Below, one piece after another: positions 1 through 6,776 of a DNA stretch of 32,000 bases. The stretch's first letter is position 1. The number at the start of each line of letters is the position of its first letter. The DNA lies in the NCBI GenBank assembly GCA_049296095.1, contig JBAQRV010000001.1, positions 420,001 through 452,000 on the forward strand, given 5' to 3'. Source of the stretch: Candidatus Saccharimonadota bacterium. GTDB taxonomy: Bacteria > Patescibacteriota > Saccharimonadia > Saccharimonadales > Saccharimonadaceae. Made by a program: the position numbers and the translations under genes. The notes under the pieces were generated by a model. The model was not told the origin of the DNA, did no database searches, and saw only the letters and a program-made list of their open reading frames with translations.

Positions 1-1700
1 AAATCAAGGACGGTACGGTCAGTGACGTGCTTTAGTTTCTCATCAGTAAATGACTGGTCATTAAAGACTTGCGGAACATCAATGAAGGTCGAACCAGCTG
101 GATCACTCATGATTGTGAGGGCAGCGTTACGGAACCAATGCTCGTAGCGTGGACCGATGATACCGGTGTGACCTGGGTCATAGAGCTTATAGAGCATAGC
201 AATCGACTCTTGAATGAGGAAGTCGCGCTGGTCTTGATTTTCAAACTCGAACAAGTTGAGTCCGATCGGCATCTCCATATCACCTGGGCTAAAGTAAATC
301 ACGTCCTCTACCCGTTCTTTTGGCACCATGCCTAATAATTCCTCGGCAGAATCACCATGCGGATCAATAAAGGCGAAGCCACGACCGTCCATCATGTCTT
401 GATAGGCAAGATTTTCGAGTAATTTAGACTTACCAGTTCCGGTCTGTCCAATAACATAAGTGTGACGTCGGCGATCGTTTGTGGACAGCCGAATCGGCTT
501 CTTGACACCTCTAAACTCGTTATAGCCCAGCAGGAAGCCTTCCTCTAAAATTTGGGTTGGACCATCAACCTGCTTGGCTGCTTGGCGCTGAACCTGTGAG
601 GTTGGGATCGAACCCTGATCTGGCAAGTGGAAGATAGTCGCCAGCTCGACCGTGTTGAGGATATTCTGATTGACCTCCTGCGGGAAAAACCTAAATATAT
701 AAGCAGTGACAAATTCTTCAATGTTTTTGGTAATCGTAAACTTAAAGCCATTATTTGAAGTTGAATCAAACAATGAAAAGGCCGAAACGACGCTGTTCAT
801 CAGCGCCTGCGATTTTCCAGATGTATTCGAAGAGGCCACTACTCGAACCAAAACTTCATAGCCTGGATAACGAGTTTTATTCTCGATACCTTCAACAATC
901 CCTTGTTCTAAACTACTGAGTTGCTTGTCTTCTGGTTTAGCTTCTTTGGTCTCGGGTGGTTTCCAGAGCGCTTCCATGAGGCCTTTCATATTCACCGCTC
1001 CACCCAGTCCGCCTGATTTCACCCCTTTATCTTTGCGGATATTCTCTGCAATAGTAATCGCACTCTTATCCCAGCCTTGATGTGCCGGACGGATCAGGAT
1101 CTGCACCCCGAGACCATCTTCGCGACCAGCACTTGATAAGGCGTTGAGAAGGGCCCGAGCGGCATCACGCTTGGTCTCCTGAAAGGTTGCGATCGGGTAG
1201 GCATAGTTTTTCTTGAGCGTAAATTCACCACCAATCGTGCCACTCATACGACCAGCTGGGTTAAAGATATTGCGCTCCTCGACCTCTTCGAGTCGAGCCG
1301 CTGGATAGGCCGCCGCCACTGCCTGAGTAATGGTATCAATCATCGCGATTGGAACGACAACGTAATAGTGAACCAGCCCTTCGTGGGCCACAACCTCGAA
1401 TGAGACGTGACGTTGCCCGTAGACACGACTCTTGAAACCTTTGGTCGCCGTACTCGCGATAATGTTGTACATCACCTGAGCCTGAGACAATACCTCTTCG
1501 GTTAAGTCTCGCTCATCGCGGCCGCCACCTTCAATATCATCACTGGCTGGTGGGATATGAATATAAAGTGGCACCATCTTGAGGCCGCGTTCATAGTTCT
1601 TGGCTTCACGCAGTACCCGACGGTACTGCATCAAGACAAAAGCTACCACACCCGCGACGAGCAGGACGATCACTATGACTGTTATAACAAACCCGATCAC
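1..1700 (-). CDS. Membrane-anchored P-loop secretion/conjugation-type ATPase (TraD/TrwB/VirD4-like or HerA/DUF87-like), 3' end truncated by window edge
   Basis: Absent from the ORF track because it runs off the window. My minus-strand translation from GTG at 1700 (8 codons after the TAA of the upstream ORF) gives a TM helix VIGFVITVIVIVLLVAGVVAFVL. The frame then stays open to position 1. It contains Walker A GQTGTGKS followed by FAFIDPHGD. Confidence 0.6.
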   Translation of the reverse strand, partial: MIGFVITVIVIVLLVAGVVAFVLMQYRRVLREAKNYERGLKMVPLYIHIPPASDDIEGGGRDERDLTEEVLSQAQVMYNIIASTATKGFKSRVYGQRHVSFEVVAHEGLVHYYVVVPIAMIDTITQAVAAAYPAARLEEVEERNIFNPAGRMSGTIGGEFTLKKNYAYPIATFQETKRDAARALLNALSSAGREDGLGVQILIRPAHQGWDKSAITIAENIRKDKGVKSGGLGGAVNMKGLMEALWKPPETKEAKPEDKQLSSLEQGIVEGIENKTRYPGYEVLVRVVASSNTSGKSQALMNSVVSAFSLFDSTSNNGFKFTITKNIEEFVTAYIFRFFPQEVNQNILNTVELATIFHLPDQGSIPTSQVQRQAAKQVDGPTQILEEGFLLGYNEFRGVKKPIRLSTNDRRRHTYVIGQTGTGKSKLLENLAYQDMMDGRGFAFIDPHGDSAEELLGMVPKERVEDVIYFSPGDMEMPIGLNLFEFENQDQRDFLIQESIAMLYKLYDPGHTGIIGPRYEHWFRNAALTIMSDPAGSTFIDVPQVFNDQSFTDEKLKHVTDRTVLD

Positions 1701-1724
1701 CCCTCTATAAGTCTTGGTGGCACC

Positions 1725-2147
1725 TTACTGCGCCGCACCAAGTTCCTTCCCGTATCGTTTTCTTAAATAATCTTTCTGTAATTGGTTCACCTTTTGCGTG
1801 CGGCTGTGTGGATCATCTTTTGTTTCATCAATGATCTTCTTTGCCTTGTCCACCCACTCCTTCTCGATCACATCCTCGTCGGCTGCAACAGCAGGGCTTC
1901 CTATGGATGCATCCTGAACGATCGGAGAAGACGGAACTACTGGCGTGACGACCGGTGCACCTGTCGCGGCAGCATCAGCCGCAGCCGCCTGAGCTTCAGC
2001 TGTTTGTTCAAACCGCTCTGCCCCCTGCTCGATCCCCGTTTCGGGTGTCGGCAACACAGGAACGCGCTCACCGTTATTCACTGGTGGCATAGGTAGTTTT
2101 TCTGGTCCTCCCAGGGGTTGTGAACTCTCGGGCTGCATATCTGTCAT
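1725..2147 (-). CDS. Hypothetical protein, Pro/Ala-rich N-terminal half and charged helical C-terminus
   Basis: 140-aa ORF. Its stop lies 24 nt before the GTG start of the downstream ATPase gene, suggesting co-transcription. It has a low-complexity AAAADAAATGAPVVTPVVP region. No family recognised. Confidence 0.5.
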   Translation of the reverse strand: MTDMQPESSQPLGGPEKLPMPPVNNGERVPVLPTPETGIEQGAERFEQTAEAQAAAADAAATGAPVVTPVVPSSPIVQDASIGSPAVAADEDVIEKEWVDKAKKIIDETKDDPHSRTQKVNQLQKDYLRKRYGKELGAAQ

Positions 2148-2207
2148 TATAGCATAACGAAGTGAGTGAAACGTAAGCTTGATTACGTTTCCGAACGAGG
2201 CAGTTTT

Positions 2208-2594
2208 TTAGTAAATTCTTTTCGAAATATAAACACAGCCAATGACCACGAATATAACCACCAGAATAAATTCATAGATACCGACCGACCCTACCGACTG
2301 AAGCCCAATCAGCATGACAGGTGCCGCCGCCAGGATAGTGGAAAAATAGTACGACCGACGAAATGATAGTGGTTGGAATGGCTTCTTTACCGTAAAACTC
2401 GCAGCCGTGTAGCCAACCAGACGACTGGCGCCATACAAAAAAAAGCTTATCAAACCGAGAGCGGTCAGATAAGCTGATATGAATATGACTAAAAGGCCAA
2501 ATGGCCCCGCTGAGGCGGGTGTTGTGAGGACCAGCATCAGGATCAACAAGCAGAGGCTTGTAATGGTTATAATTGCGATAATTCGTTGTAGCAT
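2208..2594 (-). CDS. Small integral membrane protein (about 4 TM helices), unknown function
   Basis: 128-aa ORF made almost entirely of hydrophobic helices, on the same strand as the two downstream genes. Confidence 0.6.
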   Translation of the reverse strand: MLQRIIAIITITSLCLLILMLVLTTPASAGPFGLLVIFISAYLTALGLISFFLYGASRLVGYTAASFTVKKPFQPLSFRRSYYFSTILAAAPVMLIGLQSVGSVGIYEFILVVIFVVIGCVYISKRIY

Positions 2595-2700
2595 TTCATG
2601 GTTACTATATACGAAGCATAAGAGATTTAAAATATGGAGCCCGAGCGGAACACTTTAAGTTCAGGTTGCAGCAGACGCCGCTAAAAATATATTTTGGCGT

Positions 2701-2721
2701 GTGAACCAGTGAACAGTGAAC
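2701..2721 (+). repeat. Three tandem GTGAAC hexamers (spacing 8 and 7 nt)
   Basis: GTGAACCAGTGAACAGTGAAC read directly; two more copies lie at 2905-2917. Confidence 0.8.
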
Positions 2722-2904
2722 CGCTACGAGGCTATCTGACCGCTCCTTTCGGAGCAACCGTGTGCTCTATTACCTTCTTTCCGCATACGCCAAGTAGTCA
2801 CTTTGCTCCTCAACATGAGTAAGGATTTTACTTGGCGTATGGTACTCGAGGAGTAACATACGTCTTAGACGGAGCATTGGTACGTCGGCCCGAACTAACA
2901 ATTC

Positions 2905-2917
2905 GTGAACTGTGAAC
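2905..2917 (+). repeat. Two tandem GTGAAC hexamers (spacing 7 nt)
   Basis: GTGAACTGTGAAC read directly, in the same orientation as the 2701-2721 copies. Confidence 0.8.
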
Positions 2918-3335
2918 TTTTTGGAAGGTGCAACCCATAGGGGTTTTTAATATGTTTGTTTTTTCGTGGTGGCGTAGTACCAACCTTTCCGTCTAAGAAA
3001 GGTCAGTTATTTTAAGGTCTAATTGTTAAGGTGTTTTCGCTTTTTTGTTTTGGTGTTCGATCAAAGCTTGTTCTTAATCTAGCATAAACACTATGCTTGG
3101 TCAATGATCTAGGAGGATGTTTTGTATGTAATATATACATCAATGGTCTCGCTTTCATATTGTAGACGGTGTTATATGGTTATCGTTGCTTTTATGACAT
3201 CGTTGTATTTAACATTATTTCCTATTTGCATTCGTAGTATATATTTATGACAACGGGCATATTTTCCTCTGTTTCATGCCAGTATTGGCACTCACCGCCT
3301 TTGATTGCTAGCAGTCCTTAGGGTGGTCGTTTTTA

Positions 3336-3497
3336 TCACTCCGTGCCTGGATCATGCGGCGTGGATAATGACCCAATCGCTGACACATCAAGAATCATAC
3401 TGACTGTCCGCGTTCCGCACTTTTGGCAAATATGAACCGCGAGCCTTGCACTTGGACAATTTTTTAATGAACGCCGAATTGTTATGAATATACCCAT
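3336..3497 (-). pseudogene. Possible decayed C-terminal Zn-ribbon fragment (TnpB/OrfB-like?) or orphan 53-codon ORF
   Basis: Minus-strand translation gives MGIFITIRRSLKNCPSARLAVHICQKCGTRTVSMILDVSAIGSLSTPHDPGTE. The pattern C-P-S...C-x-x-C-G...D-V-S-A-I weakly resembles the TnpB C-terminal CxxCG...D.NAA.NI motif. Upstream sequence is broken in every frame. Confidence 0.25.
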
Positions 3498-3795
3498 TTC
3501 TTAAAAGTCTGTCTGAATGTGGGATGAAGAATTGCCGTATGTATTACGTCTGTGCGATTGCTACAAAGCTTTTCTGACAAAGCCCTCCATGCCCTACAGC
3601 TTCATTGCTATGCCATTATTCACAGGGTTTCTTGGCCATAACGACGCCCCATCAACATTAAAGTACTGCCATATTCTCAGCAAATGGCGGTCACACCCTC
3701 GAGCTTATCCTTGCCCTAGCGTCGTGTCGGTTTCATGACACGCTATGGGGCTGAAAATAGTCGCGAATTTCGTCTAAAAATGTATGAAAAAGTTA

Positions 3796-3824
3796 TTGAC
3801 ACAAGCGCTTTGCTAGCATATTAT
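3796..3824 (+). promoter_or_regulatory. Sigma70-type promoter (TTGACA, 17 nt, TATTAT)
   Basis: -35 TTGACA at 3796-3801, an exact 17-nt spacer, and -10 TATTAT at 3819-3824. Confidence 0.55.
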
Positions 3825-3830
3825 AGGGGT

Positions 3831-3981
3831 AGTCCTGAATAAATAAATTATGCAGGGACCAAAAACAAAAAGCTATCAAAAAACTCCACATAAAACGATC
3901 GTTCCTCGCAGGCGATCGTTTTAATTTGCTCTCACTGCCCTATTCGACACAATAAAGCCGCCCCATAAGGGCGGTTATTTC
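3831..3981 (+). ncRNA. Candidate ~150-nt small transcript (sRNA or mRNA for a 24-aa basic peptide)
   Basis: It is bounded by the promoter above and the hairpin/T-tract at 3956-3980. An internal perfect 10-bp hairpin AAAACGATCG/CGATCGTTTT lies at 3892-3922. A micro-ORF at 3850-3924 encodes MQGPKTKSYQKTPHKTIVPRRRSF and has no Shine-Dalgarno sequence. Confidence 0.35.
3956..3980. terminator. Bidirectional intrinsic terminator (ends ssrA on the minus strand and the candidate small transcript on the plus strand)
   Basis: GC-rich stem CCGCCC/GGGCGG with a 5-nt loop. It is flanked by TTATTT on the plus strand and CTTTATTG on the minus strand. It sits 10 nt past the tmRNA CCA end. Confidence 0.7.
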
Positions 3982-3989
3982 AATTATCG

Positions 3990-4394
3990 TGGTGGAGCTG
4001 CCGGGTACTGCCCCCGGGTCCGAAAGGTAACCTGCTATTCGTCTTCAAGCATAGTCTGAATTAGTTTTTAACGACTCACCCGTCTGAGATTCAAACAAAA
4101 ACGGTGGGATTGTCGCGCTGATAAATGTCCCCGCCTACTTACAGCTGCCTAAGTAAGGGGTAATTAGCATACTTATAACACCGTTTTTCTCTATGCTACC
4201 TCGAGAAAAGCGATGGCATTACGGGTTTAGGCGTAAGCTGGCGCAAAAACAGGAGCCTTGAACGCTTGCGCGAACTCAGCAACCTTAGTTTTTACTGTTG
4301 CAAGAATGTTTGCAATTAAAAAATGCACATTACGTGTGCGATCGGCTTGCAGAATAACCTGTTAAAGTCCTCTCGTCGAAGCTATGTCAGCCCC
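3990..4394 (-). ncRNA. ssrA: tmRNA (transfer-messenger RNA)
   Basis: The minus strand starts GGGGCTGACATAGCTTCGACGAGAGG and ends GGACCCGGGGGCAGTACCCGGCAGCTCCACCA. The acceptor stem GGGGCUG/CAGCUCC carries the G3:U alanine identity pair and an encoded CCA. A tag frame GCA AAC ... GCC TAA lies at 4313-4227. Confidence 0.9.
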
Positions 4395-4405
4395 ACGACC
4401 TCTGT

Positions 4406-4414
4406 ATTATAACA
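4406..4414 (-). promoter_or_regulatory. Extended -10 promoter element (TGtTATAAT) for ssrA
   Basis: The minus strand reads TTTGTTATAATACAGAGGTCGT immediately before GGGGCTG. This implies a short 5' leader, as expected for an RNase P-processed precursor. Confidence 0.5.
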
Positions 4415-4458
4415 AATTAAGACCGATTTTACCATTAGGGAGTAGTCTGGACCTTGGA

Positions 4459-5973
4459 ATGATAGCAAAGGTACACTCTGTAGCACTGACGGGTTTTGAC
4501 GGAGCCCTTATCGAGGTCGAGACAGATCTCAAACAAGGACTGCCAGGAATTCAAATCGTTGGCATGGGCAACAAGGCAATTGACGAGGCCAGAGAGCGCG
4601 TCAGAAGCGCTATACCCCATTCCCTTCTCGAGTTTCCACCCCGTAAGTTTACGATCAACCTGGCCCCTGCAGAGCTGCCAAAAGACGGTACTCATTTTGA
4701 TCTGCCAATTGCCCTATCACTCCTGGTCGCCTCCGGACAGCTTCGTCAAACAGAGGTAGATGGTGCTCTCTTCGCGGGCGAGTTATCACTAGACGGGCAG
4801 CTGCGGCCGATCCGTGGCGCCATTGCCATCACCGAGGTGGCCCTGACGGCAAATATGACACAGGTTTACTTACCTCTCGAAAACACACCCCAGGCAACCC
4901 TGGTCGAAGGTGTCACAATCATCGGTATCAAGAATTTAAAAGAGCTCTATCTCCACCTCAAAGGTGAAGTGATTATCCCGCCCTTCTCCGACACACCACC
5001 CACCCCTGTTATACCTCCTCCCGCTATCACTCTGGACGACATCCACGGGCAGGCTATCGCCAAGCGTGCCCTTGAGATAGCCGTCGCCGGAAGACACAAC
5101 ATTCTCCTGTTTGGGCCGCCAGGAACTGGAAAGACCATGCTGGCCCGTGCGCTTCACAGTCTCCTTCCACCTCTGTCATCAGTCGAGATGCGGACCGTCA
5201 CCAAGATCCACAGCCTCGCGCGGCAGGTCGATACCGAGATTATTACTACTCGCCCTTTCCAATCACCTCACCACACCACGAGCGCTTCGGCAATTATCGG
5301 GGGTGGGAACAGGCCTCGTCCAGGCGAAATCAGTCTTGCCCACCTGGGTGTACTGTTTCTTGATGAACTACCTGAATTCCCCCGTGCAACCCTAGAGGCA
5401 CTAAGACAACCGCTGGAAGAAAGGCAGATCACAATTGCTCGACTCGGTGGCCACATCACCTACCCGGCGAACTTCATGTTAGTCGCCACAATGAATCCAT
5501 GTCCCTGCGGCTATTATGGTGACCCGACCCATGAATGTACGTGTTCACATGCCCAAATAAGCACCTACCAAAAGCGCATTTCTGGTCCTTTGCTCGATCG
5601 GATCGATCTTATTTTATCGGTTTCGAAACAATCGCCTGAAGCATTTTTGTATTCAGAATCGATGCATAAAACTCAACAGTCTAAGGTGTTAAAGTCAATA
5701 AGTGGTGCATATAAGCAACAAAAACAACGTTATAATAGTAGTTATGCTTACAACGCTTATTTGTCTCCAGCGGACATAAAATCGTTACTCACCCTCTCCC
5801 CAGCAGCCAAGAACCTACTTGATACTGCCACGACGCGCCTAGGTCTCAGCTCACGCAGCTATTTTAGGCTTATAAAAGTTGCTCAGACCATCGCCGATCT
5901 AGCGAGACATCCACGTATCGAAGCAGTGCATATTGCCGAAGCCCTCCAACTCCGTGGCTCCTTGCCCCACTAA
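4459..5973 (+). CDS. comM: YifB/ComM family Mg-chelatase-like ATPase
   Basis: The protein from MIAKVHSVALTGFDGALIEVETD has the typical family N-terminus. It also has Walker A GPPGTGKT, the motifs VLFLDELPEF and LLDRIDL, and the Cys cluster NPCPCGYYGDPTHECTC. I moved the start from the track's 4384 to 4459 because the first 25 codons overlap the tmRNA. Confidence 0.9.
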   Translation: MIAKVHSVALTGFDGALIEVETDLKQGLPGIQIVGMGNKAIDEARERVRSAIPHSLLEFPPRKFTINLAPAELPKDGTHFDLPIALSLLVASGQLRQTEVDGALFAGELSLDGQLRPIRGAIAITEVALTANMTQVYLPLENTPQATLVEGVTIIGIKNLKELYLHLKGEVIIPPFSDTPPTPVIPPPAITLDDIHGQAIAKRALEIAVAGRHNILLFGPPGTGKTMLARALHSLLPPLSSVEMRTVTKIHSLARQVDTEIITTRPFQSPHHTTSASAIIGGGNRPRPGEISLAHLGVLFLDELPEFPRATLEALRQPLEERQITIARLGGHITYPANFMLVATMNPCPCGYYGDPTHECTCSHAQISTYQKRISGPLLDRIDLILSVSKQSPEAFLYSESMHKTQQSKVLKSISGAYKQQKQRYNSSYAYNAYLSPADIKSLLTLSPAAKNLLDTATTRLGLSSRSYFRLIKVAQTIADLARHPRIEAVHIAEALQLRGSLPH

Positions 5974-5987
5974 AACCGCCCCACCCC

Positions 5988-6016
5988 TTGTATTACCTTG
6001 GTATCTTTGATAGAAT
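5988..6016 (+). promoter_or_regulatory. Putative extended -10 promoter for the infC operon (TTGTAT, 17 nt, TGaTAGAAT)
   Basis: TG at 6008-6009 and TAGAAT at 6011-6016, with a weak -35 TTGTAT at 5988-5993. Confidence 0.4.
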
Positions 6017-6070
6017 AGTGGCTGAGTTAACAGCAAGAAAGCGGCGCCAGAGGCCCGCGAAGGAGAGTAT

Positions 6071-6580
6071 ATCAACCAATCAATTCGAATTAACGAGCAA
6101 ATTAAGGCAACTGAACTGCGCGTTATCGGAAATGAAGGCGAACAACTCGGTATCATGAGTCGCAGCGATGCACTCGGGGCCGCGAAGGAAGCTGGATTGG
6201 ACTTGGTTGAAATTTCTCCAAACGCGGATCCACCCGTTGCAAAAATCGTCGACTGGGGTAAATACCAGTACCAAAAGATGAAAGAGGCGCAGAAAAACCG
6301 CCGCAGCAACAAGGCAAACGAACTCAAGCAAATGCGTTTCGGGATGAAGATCGGTCAGGGTGACCTCGACATCAAGCTGCGCAAGATACGAGAGTTCCTC
6401 GCCGAGGGCCACAAGGTCCGTATCCAAGTCTTCTTCCGCGGTCGTGAAAACGCCCACCGAGAACTAGGATACGACATGATCAATCGGATCGCTGGCCTAC
6501 TGGAAAATGAAGCCGTTCTCGAGCATGCGCCAACAATGGCCGGACGCAATTTAAGCGTCGTTATAAGGAGTAAACAATAA
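6071..6580 (+). CDS. infC: Translation initiation factor IF-3, non-canonical ATC start
   Basis: The track ORF (6155-6580) lacks the IF-3 N-terminal domain. The same frame stays open back to 6026 and encodes INQSIRINEQIKATELRVIGNEGEQLGI, the conserved IF-3 N-terminus. There is no in-frame ATG, GTG or TTG. ATC at 6071 sits 5 nt after the SD AAGGAG at 6060-6065. Confidence 0.85.
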   Translation: MNQSIRINEQIKATELRVIGNEGEQLGIMSRSDALGAAKEAGLDLVEISPNADPPVAKIVDWGKYQYQKMKEAQKNRRSNKANELKQMRFGMKIGQGDLDIKLRKIREFLAEGHKVRIQVFFRGRENAHRELGYDMINRIAGLLENEAVLEHAPTMAGRNLSVVIRSKQ

Positions 6581-6774
6581 TGCCAAAGATGAAGACCCAC
6601 AAGGGTACCGCCAAGCGGATCAAGATTACCAGCACTGGTAAGCTTACCCGTCGCCGCGCATTCGGCGCTCACCTTCTCGCAAAGAAGAGCAAGAGCCGCA
6701 AGCGAGCGATCAACACGACAGCTACTGTCACCGGCCACACGGCCCGTAATATTAAACGAGCACTAGGAATTTAA
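6580..6774 (+). CDS. rpmI: 50S ribosomal protein L35
   Basis: [33 protein letters not shown] is a typical L35 sequence. The gene has a TAATG overlap with infC and an SD AAGGAG at 6565-6570. Confidence 0.95.
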   Translation: MPKMKTHKGTAKRIKITSTGKLTRRRAFGAHLLAKKSKSRKRAINTTATVTGHTARNIKRALGI

Positions 6775-6776
6775 TT

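Larger units (their letters stand above)
2639..3000. other. Unclassified densely structured non-coding element (strand unresolved)
   Basis: No ORF of 60 aa or more on either strand. A perfect 13-bp inverted repeat lies at 2784-2796/2829-2841. A perfect 11-bp long-range pairing lies at 2863-2873/2988-2998, stacked on a 7-bp pairing at 2877-2883/2977-2983. A GCTCC-TTTC-GGAGC hairpin lies at 2742-2755. Mutually exclusive alternatives exist: GGAGCAA 2751-2757 with TTGCTCC 2803-2809, and CTCCTC 2806-2811 with GAGGAG 2848-2853. Confidence 0.35.

Noticed and set aside
2701-2917. GTGAAC repeats as a CRISPR array
   Set aside because: The units are 6 nt with 1-2 nt spacing. There are no 25-40 nt repeats, no spacers and no cas genes, so this is not CRISPR architecture.
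2868-2990. T-box-like strings (ATTGGTACGTCGG, GGTGGCGTAGTACC) in the gap
   Set aside because: They resemble GGUGGUACCGCG only loosely. No antiterminator bulge/helix arrangement can be drawn, and no downstream gene follows on the plus strand. The real T-box is at 14262-14446.
2960-3000. tRNA-like 3' end on the minus strand (...GGTACTACGCCACCA)
   Set aside because: No complementary 5' acceptor strand, D arm or anticodon arm can be found upstream on the minus strand, so no cloverleaf is possible.
3110-3130. AGGAGG followed by an ATG-TAA start-stop mini-ORF
   Set aside because: A single occurrence in AT-rich non-coding sequence, with no transcript evidence and no downstream gene to regulate. 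It cannot be distinguished from chance.
3517-3738. 73-aa plus-strand ORF in the non-coding gap
   Set aside because: It has no SD or promoter context, an implausible composition (Cys/Pro/Ser-rich, no pattern), and sits in a region broken in all other frames. I treat it as a chance ORF.
4384-4458. First 25 codons of the track's comM ORF (start at 4384)
   Set aside because: They overlap the tmRNA 5' end and its promoter region. The conserved ComM N-terminus (MIAKVHS...) begins at 4459.
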